A stretch of DNA of 64,000 nt from Geosiphon pyriformis uo1 (Eukaryota; Fungi; Glomeromycota). The stretch spans positions 15,228 to 79,227 of the forward strand of contig JAAOMT010000057.1 in NCBI GenBank assembly GCA_016748015.1. The letters run 5' to 3'. Of the stretch, positions 1-13,480 are shown piece by piece. The position numbers were made by a program, and so were the translations under genes. The notes beneath the pieces were generated by a model, which ran no database searches, was not told the origin of the DNA, and was given only the letters and a program-made list of their open reading frames with translations. Numbering within the stretch: position 1 is the first letter of the stretch; each line of letters begins with the position of its first letter.

Positions 1-2010
1 ACTATAAAATGCAATTCAGTTTTGTTTCTACCAGTGTATGCAATAAGTGAGACACTTTGATTTGTAAAGGCTTAAAGTTTAAGTCTGGTTTGCTGTGCAA
101 CTTCCCCAATAATGCAATTTATCATCCTTTTCTGTATGATTTAAAGACTTTTGAGCAGATTCAGGCTGAAAGCAAAGTGGCCTTGGTCATTTTTTTTGTA
201 AACTCTGTTGAAATTTTGGGTAGACTGTTCTTTTACCAGTCACATAATCTTCAGGTTCTCTGTTGGCATCCACTTCACCCTTTGCAATACTCAGTTTATA
301 TCAAAATCAACTTTTTAAATAATTTTTTAGCAGGTATGATGTGTATTTTCTCTGAAAGTAAATTGACTTTGAGTGGGTCTCTGGTCAGTGCTTTTTGTCA
401 TCATGGCAGAACCCCTATGTCTCTTGTTCTTGGTGAATCAAATTATCTTAGGTATGTCTTTTCACTTTGGCATTATGGAATTGCTTTTATAGACCAACTT
501 TGTAACTAGAGTGAAGCTATTTTCGGTTGAAAGACCTTCAAACAATGGAAGTAGTTAGACTTACATGGTTCAGTTCCCACCTGGTTTGAGCTTTCTGTTC
601 AGTTTCTTAGTGGTGTGTCTTTTTAGTCTGTCTGTTCTTCACTTTTAGACAATTATGGCTCTTTAAATGTTCTTCAGTCTCATGAGTATGGTGTTATTAG
701 TGATGGTTTGTTGTGTGCTGATATTGATTATCTTTCTGTCTATATGGATAAATCATTGAGCAGTTTAGGAACTTTTAATATGAAAGCTGGGGCTGCTGTT
801 TTCTTTGAAGACATAGATATGGGTCTGGATGTGGGAGTGTCTGGTTTGATGTCTTCTACCATGACAAAATTGCAGACCATTGCTCTGGTTCTTGAGTGTG
901 TTCCTTCTTTTTGCTTAGTCAACTTGTTCTCAGACAGTCAAGTGGCTTTGGACACATACAAGTTGGAGTTGAAATTGGCTTATCTGGATTTCAGAAATTG
1001 GTGTTGAATTGAACACTGCCACATTGCCAGTGTCATTCATCATAAGAATTTAAATATTAATTGGCATAAGATTAAAGATCACTTGGAAGTTTCAGACAAT
1101 GAGTGTGCTAATGAGTTGGCCAGGACTGCTGTCCTCTCTAGTTGGCATCTGCCCTATTTAGTTAATAAACACTTTCTTAAAGTTGGTGGTACAGCTGTTT
1201 TTGGTAATTCTAGGCATTTTGTTTGGAATGTTTTTTGGTCTGTTTATTGTGTGCATTGGGAAGTTAGTTCCAGTTCCCAGGTAGTAGTGGCCCATTTGTA
1301 TACAGATATTAACTGGCTTAGATTATTTATGGTTTGGCATCTGGATTCTTACATGGCTGCTGGTTTTACTAGCAAGCAAACTGCTGGCTTCTAGACATAT
1401 TTCATAAAAGCCTTGCACTATTGGCTCTCTGTTGTTGTACATAAACAACTTTATAATAAGCAGTATCCTAGTATGGTGTGTTTGTTCTGTGGTGATGTCA
1501 AAGTCTCAGACCATGCTTTTTCTTGTTTATTTGATGTTGCAGATTGTTGGTGAACATTCATGCATCTACTTGGGGAGTGCACTCTGGTTTAATTCATTTT
1601 TCCTCAAGTATTTTGCAGCTGTTGTCTACTTGTGTTTCTGACATTTTGGTCAGCACTGCTCTATGTAAGGACTTTGTTTTCAGAGATTGGTTTCATAAAT
1701 CTGTTTCCGTTTTTACAGACTTCAAGATAGTGGGTTAAAATATTGTAGCCTTTGTGCATGAGTTTAGTTTTGCATTTTGGAAAAACATTTGGTTGGTTTG
1801 TGCCAAGCACCATGCATTTATGAAAAAAAATAGGCTTATTCTATGTAATAGATCTGTTCTTCCTCTGACTTCTGGGTTTTTTTCAATGCTTTTAACTGGC
1901 ATGGCCAGGTTGTTGGGTGTTGCCAAAGCATTTGGTGTTGGTTTTAGGCTTTATAAGCCCTGTTTATTCTTTTCAGGTATAAATAACATGTTTTCTGTTC
2001 ATATAGATGT

Positions 2011-2970
2011 TGTTACCAGACAAAATTAGAGATATTGTTTAGCATGAAATTACCCTTATAAATCTTATCAATAATTAGCATATATTATCATTTCAAATTA
2101 TCACTTATTACATTAGCAAAATATCCGAAATTATTATTTAATTAATAACTCAATTTGTACATAACACAAATATAACCTAATTGTGATGATTAATCATGCA
2201 ATACCCCAAACTATGTAATATTCAAAAAGTTTGCCAAAATAATTGATAGTTTGCCAAAATATCTAATAGTTCACAGAAATAACTTGTAGTTTACCAAAAT
2301 GTATCTTTAGTTCAGCAAAATTATAGAAAATAGCAAAGTTCAAGTTCATAGAATAGTGTTATGACAAGTTGTATAAAAGAAGAGCTTCTCTCTTCAAAGA
2401 AATATATCTTACTTTAGATTTAACAATTAGGATCATTCTTTACACACAAAAATGAAATAAATATCAAATAATTTGAAAAATCAAATTCTTAATTATTTCC
2501 CTTTTGAAATTAACCAATTCTTACTAAACAGTTTTGAAATTGATTAGCTACCAATTTCAATAAACTGTTAGTGACTTCAGGCCTGGATAGAAAACATTTC
2601 CCTTGATAAAATTCTATTTCTTTTACATTTCTTTTATTTTTCTTTTCTTTTCTTATTACAATCATTAAGGTAGCCTACAGACAAGATTCCTGTAGAAGAG
2701 TTGACTTTCATAGCAAAGTAACTACACAATTTTAGTGAGCTTCCAAACGAGCATTTCCTAGAAAAGAGTTGATGTTTACTACAATGTAACTACACAAGTA
2801 ATTGACATAGAATTGGCCATTCTACTTATAAGCCCAGCAGTTTAAATTATAGAAGATAATTTGAAGATAAATTCAGTTATTGGAGGTTCAAACACTTCCC
2901 ATAATCATGAATTAACAGCATTACAACAAACATACAAGAGCTAAGCAAAGACCAAAAACCTCTGATAATA
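2011..2970 (+). mobile_element. Solo LTR (LTR family 2), 960 bp, 4-bp TSD ATGT
   Basis: Starts TGTTACCAGA and ends TCTGATAATA (decayed TCTGGTAACA). ATGT flanks both sides (2007-2010, 2971-2974). Removing it restores CATATAGATGTTTAGTG, as in the uninterrupted LINE end at 62281-62297 (minus). Homologous to 62500-63479 in reverse orientation. Confidence 0.95.
2228..2322 (+). repeat. About 21-bp tandem motif array in U3 of the solo LTR
   Basis: AGTTTGCCAAAAT / AGTTCACAGAAAT / AGTTTACCAAAAT / AGTTCAGCAAAAT units, upstream of a TATA-like GTATAAAAG at 2371-2379. Confidence 0.8.
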
Positions 2971-3366
2971 ATGTTTAGTGTTGTTCTGATTGGTCTAAGT
3001 GGCTGGTCACATGTAGAAAGTACATGATTTACACCTAGTTTAGATTATTTACATAATGTATAATGCTAGGCAGTGTTTGGATTTTACTTGTTAATAAATA
3101 AAATAAAATAAAAAAACAAACATAAGTTAAATTATTATTTAAAGATATTTAGAATTGGAAAATTTACACAGCTAATTACAAATTTAAAATTAAATATTTT
3201 AAAATTATGTTATAATTTTTAATTATATTATTATTTAGAATAATAATTTTATCAATATTATATTACAGACTTATAAAATATTATAAAATATTTTACTTTC
3301 TTTATAAGTATAGTTTAATAAAAAATTTTATAAATGTTTAAATATTATAAAAATTAAAGCTTAAAT

Positions 3367-3445
3367 TTATTTTGTTTTGTTTTGTTTTATTTTGTTTTAT
3401 TTTATTTTATTTTATTTTATTTTATTTTGTTTTGTTTTGTCTTAT
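3367..3445. repeat. (TTTTA/TTTTG)n pentanucleotide microsatellite, probably the tail of the adjacent minus-strand element
   Basis: Direct reading. It abuts a degraded LINE-type 3' UTR at about 3480-3570. Confidence 0.8.
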
Positions 3446-3449
3446 TTAA

Positions 3450-5135
3450 TTTTAATTCTATTTTATTTTTGTTTTTTGTTTTTTAATACTCTTGTAGTCT
3501 AATTATTAACTATTTTTATATGGTCTATTATTATAAATTATACAACTAGCTATTTTTTTATATTATTATAATAATTTAATTAACTTTATAATTTTAAAAC
3601 AAATTAATTTTGCTTAAGTTTTTTAAGTTTTTTAACATATTTAAAAGTTTTTTATACAGTTTTAATATGTTTAAATTATTATATTATAAACTATTATATT
3701 TAAATTTAATCTAAAAAATTTAATAACAATTATTTAAAACTTTAAAGTTTTATTAATTAGATTTATACAACTTTATTTTTATTATTATTTAAATAATATT
3801 AGCCAATTAGACTTATTAATTTATTTTTTATAAATAAAATTTGTATATTTAACAAATGTTTATTTATTTTTAATATATTTATATAGTTATTTTTTAATTA
3901 TATTTTTATTAAATTTAATTTAATTTTTTAATATATTATATATATTATATACTTTTTTATAAGTAATTTAAAATTTTAAAATTTATAAATATTTATATTT
4001 TAAACTTTGTACTTAATTTTTAATTAATTAAAATTTTTAAATATAATAGTATTTAAATTAACAATATACTTAATTTAAGCTTTTAAAAAACAAAACAACT
4101 TAATATTTATAATAAAATTAATTTTAACAATTACAAAAAAAAAATCTTTATTATTATTAATTTAATTAATTAAACTTGATAAGTTTTGCAATTTAAATAT
4201 ATATTTTATATTATTAAAGTTATTAAAAAAACCAAATTAAATTTTAACAAAAAAGCAATAATTTTAACATATAATTTTAAGTTAATAAATTAATTAACAA
4301 AAAATTTAAATACAGCAAAAAATTGAAAACCAATTTTATAATTAAATATTAATAATTTAAACTTAAATATTTATAATAATACTAATATTCAAAAAATTTT
4401 ACCAAATACAATTTTTGTATAAAATATTATTTAATAATTGTTTATTAAATTTCAAAATAACAATAATAAAAAATAAAATAATTATTAACTTAAAAAACCA
4501 AATAATTAATTTTAAAAATTACATAATTAAAAACAAAATTAATTAACTTAATTTTAAAAAATAATAACTTTTTTTAATTAATAAAAAAAATTTTGATACT
4601 GATTTTTATTATTAAAATCAACTAATAAATAAAAATAAATTTAATAATATTAAAAAAATTAAATATATTATTACAAACCAACAAATTTTAATTTATAATT
4701 TATAATTTTATTAAAAAAATATGCAAAAAAATACTATCTAAAGTTATAATAACAAAAACAAAATATATAAAAAAATTAATTAATATAATTTAAATAACAG
4801 TATTTAAAAAATTTAAGATGTAAATTTTACATAAAAACGTTTAATATTGTTTTTAATAATTCAAAAAAACCACATAAAAACTAAAATACAACTTTAATAT
4901 AAGTTAATTTAATCTTAATAACTTTATAAAATATTAAAATAAAAACTATTTATTTAAAAAAATTTAAATATTTTTTAAATATTATTAAAATTAACAGTAT
5001 TTTTTAAAATAAAATGGTTTAATTTTTGTTTAATTGTTTCAATTTTTATATTAAACAACTTAATAATTTAATTAATAAAAATTACATATAAAAATATAAC
5101 TTGTTTTGCTTTTAAAATTGGCAAAATAAGTAAAA
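3450..5135 (-). mobile_element. Extremely decayed copy of the ORF1-only element found at 5161-7420
   Basis: 4801-4920 aligns by eye to 6541-6670, and 5100-5125 aligns to 6817-6840. A 3' UTR remnant at about 3480-3570 sits about 1.65 kb from that point, as in the younger copy. Confidence 0.65.
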
Positions 5136-5160
5136 TTTAATATAATTAATTAATTATATA

Positions 5161-7420
5161 CTTTTTTTTTATTACTATTTTACAAGTACAATTTAATTAC
5201 TATTTAGTATATAGAGTCAAGACAATAGACTTTAGCTAAATATAATTCACACTCTTACTATATGTAATTAACTACTTAAACCAGTTCAAACTATACTATA
5301 TTGATATTTTTTTAGAAAAAAACTTATTTAAAGAAAACATTTTTTGAATAATTTCAAATAATATAGTATTATTATTAATTAATCCAACCAGTTATTTAGC
5401 TGTTTTAAAGACATAAGTTTTTACAACAACAGATTTATGTTTTCAAAGTAACATCAAATTAGAAAACATATTATCATTAATAGAAAACAAACTTGTATAA
5501 AAACCAAACATATTAATGTTTTTATAGCTACACTTTGTCTTTAAAGCAATTATTTTTTATTCTAGTTTATTAATAGTTTTATTAAAAATATTCATGTATA
5601 TTAAAACTTTATTGATCTTAAAGTCAAAAACACTACTTAAAACCAAATTTCTATTAACAAATTGTTTAAACACTTTAATCATAAAACCAACAAGTTTAAC
5701 AATAAAATTAACCAGAACAAAAAGCTTGGCCATTTTAGATTTCAAAAAAGTCAACTGAAAAAAAACCACAAGATTATTAGTTATTATATTAATAAACAAA
5801 GCTAAACCAATTAAAGGACAAAAAACCAAAAGAGACACAGAAGCAACAACCTTAACATAAAACTTGTTGCCAATAATACAAGAAACAAAAATCTTAAGAA
5901 TCTTAGAAAAAAAAAGTAAAGACACTTTATAATTTAAAGTTAGATGATTCAAATTTTGGCACCAAAAGCAGTGCTAATTTCCAAGAGTTTTTTACCAGAT
6001 ATAACATTTTTTCAGTATAGTAGTCTTGACAACTACAGCATTTAAATCTTTTTAAAAGCCAAATATAACCAGAACAAACCAAAAACAATGACCAAAATTA
6101 GAAAAATAAGGAATAAAACATGGCTGATTACCAATTTGAGAAATTATATTACTGATTTCAAAGACAGTACAGCCAAAAAAAAGATTAATCAACTTGGTCT
6201 TAAACCTATTATAAGACAGAATAGTTTCATTTTAATTTATTAAAAAAAGAATCTTAATATTATTCTTATCCACCAAAACTAACCAATTATTCAAAGTGAA
6301 TACAGCAAAGTTTAGTTTTTTAAAATAAACAACTATATATTGCCAAATACTAATAGGCTTTTACATAACACAAATAATTTTACCAAACACACTGAAAACT
6401 GTCTTAAAATCAGCAGCAAATATATCTAAAAACACATCATATAGCACAAAAAAAGAACCAGACTTAGAAATTACCAAAAACTTGGCAATCTTAAAAGTGA
6501 CTAAATGAATAAAACTTGTAAGTTCAACCAAAAAGACAGTTTTCAAAGACTTTTGAGAAGTAAACTCTATATAAAAAAGCTTTATATTGTCTTTTAATAC
6601 TGACTTTGCATCCAAAAAACTATGTACAGATTGGAAAATAGTCTTAATATAAGCCAATTTAATTTTAAAAGTAGTACCAAACACCAAAGTAGAAACTATT
6701 TATTTAGTAAACTTTTGACAATTAGTAATAGTTTCCCAAACACTATTAGTAACAGCACCAGAAATTAACAAAAAAGATGATTTAGTTTTTAAGAACAGGT
6801 AACTTTACAGAAAATAGTTGTTTGCTTTTAAAACCAGCAATAATCTGCTAAAAAACACCATATTTGACAATACAGTCAGTGGTTGATCTTGGCCTATTTT
6901 GGATAACATGCTAGATAATACAACAGAAATTTTATCTAAGATTTTATTAGAAACTATAAAAAGGTTTGGTATAATATTAGCAAAAATAAGTAACTGCTTC
7001 CATTTTTTTGAACTTTTGGTTTTTTTGATTATTTTTTTAAAAAAGAGACACTAGCAATATCTGATATAAAAACTATAAAAAAAACACAGTTTGTTAATTG
7101 GTTTGTTATTAAAAATTTTTGGGCTCTTTAAAAGAATAGAAACAATACTAGAACTGATTTAAGTATGTTTTTTTAAAAAAATTTTGACTGGTAAAAAACC
7201 AGTCAAAGATAAAAAAAATGCTTTAATAGCTACTAAAGACAGCTTTTCATAATTATTAGATAAAAAAAAGACTTTTAAAATATTCTGCTTAATTGTTTTT
7301 ATAATAAAAAGAGCTTTTTTGATTAAAATTTTATAAATATTTTAAGAGAAATATTAAGTACAGCTTTTTTACTTTTTGCTTTGGTTGTGATTATAAAATT
7401 AAGAAAACAAAAAGTTTTTA
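5161..7420 (-). mobile_element. ORF1-only (HAL1-like) non-autonomous LINE derivative, decayed
   Basis: RRM-like ORF1 fragments (6361-6687) and a CCHC-like knuckle CFWCQNLNHL near 5935-5975. The ORF ends at about 5297 and runs straight into the LINE-type 3' UTR (5175-5297) and poly-A (T-run at 5162-5170). No endonuclease or RT sequence. Confidence 0.75.
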
Positions 7421-7465
7421 ATAGTAATTTTATTATATACTAATTAAAATTAATTTTAATAAATA

Positions 7466-7495
<30 letters not shown>

Positions 7496-7496
<1 letters not shown>

Positions 7497-9268
7497 TTTT
7501 TTTTTATTAAGTTTTTACGAGTGCAGCCCAACCACAACCTAAGTACATAGATCAAATTAATCTAAATTAAGCATGGCTCATGCTTTTTCTACACATAACC
7601 AGCCACTTGGGCCAATCAAGACAACACTATACACCCAAACACTCTGCTACAGAAATACCACAGAGAAAACCAAAATCTAAACTAGTCAAACATGGATGCA
7701 ATCCAAAACACACATGGATATCTAACTTGAAACCAAAATTCCGGATTATCTTAGTAGACCACAACGAAGATAAACCAGACACCAAAGGAATAGGCAATCT
7801 ATCACGTAGCAGAAAATTATGTTTCTCATAATAGGCCTTTAGCTTAGCCACTGGCAGTCAAACGGCAAACCTGTGATTCTCAGCGAAATGGCAAATGAAA
7901 TTGACCACTAATGTACCCCCATCAGAGTCAGCACCCAACTGGCCTACTGTGTTAACCATCCAACTCTTTAGCACAAAACTTTTAGCCAATACTGTGTACA
8001 AGTTAATAGAAGAAGCAGCCTCATTTAGTGAAATAGCAATTGCATTTCCATTGAAAAAAGTGCTCAGCAACACATCCCACTCCAAAGTAGCATTAGATAA
8101 CAAAATATTTCTAATATTCATATTATGACTGCAAGAGAAAATGTGATTAGAATCCTTCACTAAGCCACACCAAATACAGGCAACACTCAGATAACTCAGA
8201 TTATACATTTTTTTTCTTTTAGCCATAGGCAAGCGATGATGAAACACTTTTATAAAGTATGACCAAAGTGTTGCCAACACAGTGCCCGTGTAACCAATCC
8301 TGCCATCAAAATGCCAAACACAAAAGGTTCTGGCTTTATCAAAACGGTTACTAAGATCTATACTGATAACACTACCAACACATTTGGCCTTCCAACCAAC
8401 AAAGTAAACAGCATTGAACAATTTTTTGACAACATGACGAGTATTTCCAGAAACAGATCTGTCTTCAACAACGAAAAAGTGATAAGGCACTACAACAGAA
8501 AGGAAAAACTTAGAAGTGACAACTGCATTGGCATAGAAATCAGCACATTTATTTCCAACAACACCAGAATGGCCTTTAACCTTATTCTATGTAACTGACA
8601 AATCTTTTTTTGCAATAACATGGCGAATATGTTCTTTCTCAATCCAGCATTTATTACAAAAGTCAGAACCAGCTATACCACTGGTGAATTTACACAAGTC
8701 TAATGAGGCTTGGCTGTCCATATATAAAACAACCAACCGAAAAGTGAGCACACATTCCAAAGCAAGTGCAATGGCCTGCATTTCTGCCAAAGTTGATGAC
8801 AGCAACCCATATACCTTAACCCAACACTAGTGTTCACATCTGAAAAATAGGTGACAGCACTATCATAAGCATGAGATAAACCCAAATTCTTGACAGAACC
8901 ATCAGTATAGACAGTTATAAAGTCCAACTTGGAATCTAGCAGACATTCACTAACATAACCAAAGTTACAAGGAGATTCAGTAGGAGCAAAATGAGAAGAC
9001 AACATCACCCCATTTGACAAGCCACTTTTGTTGATAAATTTTACCAGAGAAACAAACCAGACAGGAACTGGGCTCTTAGGGTTCAGCTTCTTTCACCTCT
9101 GAAAAGTGTTCTACATAAAACATCTGCTGTGGTGGTCCAGAAGCTGGTTCGCAAACACCATACTGTATCTCTTAAGAGACTTCACTATGCTCAAATAGGA
9201 CTCAAAACCGAGTACATCCAAGACTGCTATATTATTTCTTGCCTGAAAAACATTAGGCAGGTCACCAC
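7496..9268 (-). mobile_element. LINE copy B, 3' part (RNase H, zinc finger, 3' UTR, poly-A)
   Basis: RNase H ITVYTDGS...LAEMQAIALALEC...YMDSQ (8587-9020) and CIWCG...NHIFSC. The 3' UTR is at 7512-7629 and the T-run abuts (TTA)n at 7468-7495. The reading frame LSLGGDLPNVF is restored across the Gypsy insertion. Confidence 0.93.
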
Positions 9269-10093
9269 TGTTACAGATGATTATTTAGAGTCTTAAATCA
9301 AATAACAAATCTATAACTTGGTGCTCAATAACTTGACAAGACTGGTGACACTAGTACATTGGTTGTATCTGAAGGTTTTAGAGTTGAGTCTTTTGTATAA
9401 TGAACAGAGATTTAATTGATGATTTTATCCGTAGCTTCCTGAAACTGCAGTTTCATCAAATTTTTTTCTCAGTGTGGTGGCCAGTAATCTTCCTGGTAAG
9501 CTATTCTCAAATCTATGAGTGTTCTACCCTTGTTTCACAGGTCTTTTACCAGTCCCTATGATGTCTGTATCTCAGTGCTTAATCTTTAATCACTTTTAGT
9601 AAAACCAAAAAAATAACAAAAGAAATAAAAGAAAATAAAAGAAAATAAAGAAATTAACAAAAAGCAATTGCAAATTAGTATTCTGTCAATAGCTGTGATC
9701 AAGAGCTATTGTTCCAGTGTGGTTAAGTATCAATTACTATTAACATGAAGTGTTGATAGTAAAGAGTGAATTAAGATAGTGAATAATTATTTATTGATAT
9801 TTGTGATTTGGAAAGTTGCTTAAATAAAATCTAAATGGAGAGGTCTTCTAACTAAGGATTCTTCTTTTTCTACTTCTAATGCTACCACTATATATACATA
9901 ATTGATGTTCTATAAGATCACTCATATTTTTAAGTAATGTGCTATGATTTCTTAAGCAATGCTCATATTGCTGAGCAATGTATTCTAATTTTCTGACATT
10001 GCTTCACATTGCTGAGCAATGTATTCACGTACTAAATACTATTTTCTTATTGGTCTGCTATTTTTTATATCTGTTTTTTTTTTATGAGTAACA
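9269..10093 (-). repeat. 3' LTR of Gypsy family 1
   Basis: Reads TGTTACAGATG...ATGAGTAACA on + and is a direct repeat of 18405-19228. Confidence 0.96.
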
Positions 10094-10108
10094 TTATCTC
10101 CTCCTTTT
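10094..10108 (-). promoter_or_regulatory. Polypurine tract
   Basis: AAAAGGAGGAGATAA on the minus strand, immediately before the 3' LTR. Confidence 0.88.
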
Positions 10109-10741
10109 AATATTGAACTTCATTAAAATCTTCGTTTTGAATTAATTCTAATACTTTTTTTTCAAGTATTGTTTGTTTAACTCTGTTCTTCACTTTTTCT
10201 ACTTGTGTATTGTTCATTCTTCCCTATTGGTTAATAGTTATGGTTTCCATGTCAAAGTATAATAGTATTTCTGAATAGTTCTGAAATATGTTGTGCAGTC
10301 AATAAATTGTTCTCACATGTAGTGTCAAGTTCGTCTTTTTTCTGATAAATTCTTCAATTTGCTGTATTATGTTTTGGTTAAATACTCTCTTGGATTTGTT
10401 GATATACAACTTCTGAATATTCAACTTTCGACCTAATTGGTAGTAACAATATAATATTGGAAGTTGTTCTGTCTATTGCTTCCAATTCTTTTTGTAAGTT
10501 CTTCTGTTGGTGCCATAATAAGTATTCTCCCAAAAGTGTTCTTTACTTTTTCTATTATGTTATCTGACCAGTTTTTATTATTTTTTGGTAACTGCTGATA
10601 TGGTATATTCTTTGTCTTTCTTTTGGTGTTTCAATAGCAAATTGTTTGGTTGTTAACAATAATTTTCATGTCTAATGGTTGTTGACTTATGGCCTGGAAT
10701 AATTGTTGAGCTATGGCATGAATATAATCTGGTATTTTCAT
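10108..10741 (-). pseudogene. Accessory ORF3 (about 210 aa, unknown function) between integrase and PPT
   Basis: MKIPDYIHAIAQQLFQ...WSDNIIEKVKNTFGRILIMAPTEEL / frameshift / TEQLPILYCYYQLGRKL...VRTIY*LHNIFQNYSEIL...INQ*GRM. Stops fall at CGA>TGA and TGG>TAG-type positions. Similar to the ORF at 63448-64000. Confidence 0.7.
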
Positions 10742-10874
10742 TTTTTTTGGTTGCCTTTGTTGCGTATACTGTGTTTTTATATACTTTTTTATTTGTTTAA
10801 TTTTACGTGTTTGGTTCAATAATTATGATTGGTTCCAGATCTTGTGGAATTTCATCTGGTTGGACTAGTATTCA

Positions 10875-12165
10875 TTGTACTCCTAATTGTGGAATGTTAT
10901 TGGTGAATAATGGTGCTATTTGGTGATATGGTTTTAGTCAATCACCATGTGCTGCTTTGGCTAAGATTTTGTTGTCTCATCTTAGTTTATAAGCTTCATT
11001 TCCAAGAATTTCTTTTATGTAAAATGGTCCATCTTATTTGGGATCAAATTTTCCACTCCATTGTTTTTCCACTTTGGTATGATATAGAAGTACTTTGTCT
11101 TCAATCTTGAATTCAACTGGTTTATTTGGTAATTGGTTATCATGCCGTTTTTTTTGCTTTTTTTGAGACTTTTGAATGTTATCAGCTGCTTTTTGTTGTC
11201 TGTTTTCTAGTGTTTCTATTAGGTCATATGTTCTTCTTAACAATGTTTTTTGGAAATTAGCTTCTGTTATTGGTTCCGTTGGATATGTGCTGACCTCTCT
11301 CTCAACTGGTAATGTTGCTGTCTTACTATATACCAATTCAAATAGTGTTGCTTGTGTAGTGTCTTGTCTTATTGTCTAATAAGCAAATAATACTGATGGT
11401 ATAAACAAATCCCATTCATCTTTGTTTTTTTGACTGATTTTGGCGATTACTTTACACAGTGTTCTGTTAAACCTTTCGACTAGTCTATTTGTTTATGAAT
11501 GATATGGTGATAATAATGGTCTTTTTATCCTAAATCTCTGACTTAATTCTGTTAATGTTCTATTTACAAAGGGAGTTTCTTGATCTGATAATAATTCTTT
11601 TGGACATCCATGTTAACAAATCAAATCTTGATGAATGAATTTGGCAACAGATTCTGCATCTGCTCTTTGAATGGCTTTTGCTTCTGGCCATTTTGTGAGA
11701 TAGTTCATAGCTACTGCAATATATCTGTTGCCTCTGTTGGTGATTGTTAATGGTCTAACTAAGTTGATTCCAATGTAATCAAATGGTTTGCTGGGTTTTG
11801 TTCCTCCTTTTCTTTGACAAGCATCACAACTTTAAACATATTAAATGATGTTTGAATACATTGATGGCCAATAGTATCTTCTTCTGGTTTTTTCTATGGT
11901 TGTTTTTTTATAAAAATGTCCTGCTGTTGAATCTGAGTGCATGTTAAACAATATTGTTTCTTTTTCTGATTCTGTAATTACTCTGGTTGGTTGGTCTGGA
12001 TTTCTTCTGTTTTTCTGGTAAAGTATATTTTGATGATTGATAAAATATTTTGATTGCTGTTTTATGTTGTTTTGTTTTTTTTGAGATAATTTCTCCTTGA
12101 ATGATTGAGTATTTATATAATGCTGGAGTTGTTGATATTTTTGTGTGTTCATCTTTTGTTATATT
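10875..12165 (-). pseudogene. Gypsy integrase (H2C2 zinc finger, DDE core, C-terminal domain)
   Basis: MHSDSTAGH...RRYYWPSM...SCDACQ, DYIGINLVRPL, LVERFNRTL, FKIEDKVLL...KFDPK*DGPF. Confidence 0.9.
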
Positions 12166-12199
12166 TTTGGGTTGAAATGTTTTTAGATTTGTCTTATTC

Positions 12200-13480
12200 A
12201 CAACAATCCATTGGCATTTCCATTGTTTTTTCTCTTTTTATAATGTACCATATAATTGAATGGTAAAAGTTCTATTTTCTATTTGACATGGCAATCATCT
12301 GCAAATTTTTGTTTCTGGATTGAAGTCAATCCTTTGTGATCCATATATATTTCAAACTTTTGGCTCAAGTATTCTCTCTATTTGATAACAGCCCAATAGA
12401 TTGCTAAGTGTTCCAGTGCTGGAGTTCCATAGTTCTTTTTTGCTGGGCTTAAATTTCTACTGGCATAAGTTACTGGATGCTCTTTTCCATTGGGTCTTTT
12501 CTGTGATAGTACTACTCCCAATGCTTAACCTGATGCATTGGTGGTAATTATGAATGGTTTGCTGTGATCTGAATACATTAATATTGGAGCTTGGATAAGC
12601 TTTTTTCTTAATGTGTCAAATGCTTCTTGTTGAGCTTTGATCCATTCATACTTCACATTTTTGGTCTGTAGATGGTGAAGTGGCTGAGCCAGTTTTGAAA
12701 AGTCTTTGATAAAATGGCAATAATAGTCTGTAAAATCTAAAAATACTCTTAGTTCTGTCAAGTTGATTGGTACCAGAAAGTTCTTAACTACTTCAATCTT
12801 GTCTGGATTTATTTTAATTCCATTTTTGCTCACTACATGTCCCAAAAACTTGAGTTCAGTTTTTTCAAAGAAACATTTGGTTGCATTTAGTTTTAATTCT
12901 GCTCTTCTCAACCTTTCGAATACTTGTTGGAAATAATGTAAATGATTATCAAATGTTTTTGAAAACACATTGGTGTTATCCAAGTATACAACTACTGATT
13001 TCCATAATAATTCAGTATAGACAATTTTCATGAGTTATTGGAATGTTGCTGGAGCATTTATCAAGCCAAATGGCATGACTTCAAACTCAAAATTTCCTTC
13101 TCTTGTGGTGAATACTATTTTTTCTTTGTTAGCTGGATCCATGGCTACTTGCCAGTAACCACTATCTAAGTCCAGTATTAAGAACCATTTATTTCCTCCA
13201 AAAGCATCGAATAGTTTTTGGATCTTTGGAGTTGGATAGCTATCACCTTTTGTTACTCCATTCAGTTTCCGATAGTCTACACAAAAATGGATTTTTTTAT
13301 TTTTCTTATGGACCAGTACTACTGGTGACAACCATGGACTTATTGATGGCTGAATTAGCCTATTGTTAAGCATTCAGTTGATTTCTTAATGAATGATTTT
13401 ATGGCTAGCAGGTAGTACTCTGTATGCTCTTTGTTTAATTGGCATTGTATTTCCAGTCTTGATCTGATGCTAGATGATGT
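12200..13480 (-). pseudogene. Gypsy reverse transcriptase and RNase H
   Basis: SPWLSPVVLVHKK...FCVDYRKLN...LDLDSGYWQV...VMPFGLINAPATFQ, VYLDN (decayed YLDD), KCFF...FLGHVV, PFIITTNASG. Confidence 0.95.

Larger units (their letters stand above)
1..3117 (+). mobile_element. LINE copy A, 3' part (end of RT, RNase H, C-terminal zinc finger, 3' UTR, poly-A), interrupted by a solo LTR
   Basis: Fragmented ORF2 peptides are colinear with the other LINE copies: LKTFEQIQAESK; RNase H LSVYMDKS...LQTIALVLECVP...FSDSQ...NECANELA; CLFC...DH zinc finger near 1478-1530. The conserved 3' UTR lies at 2975-3095 and the A-rich tail at 3095-3117. Many TGG>TAG/TGA stops. Confidence 0.92.

Noticed and set aside
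10108-10741. env gene
   Set aside because: Too short, and no signal peptide, fusion peptide or transmembrane segment.
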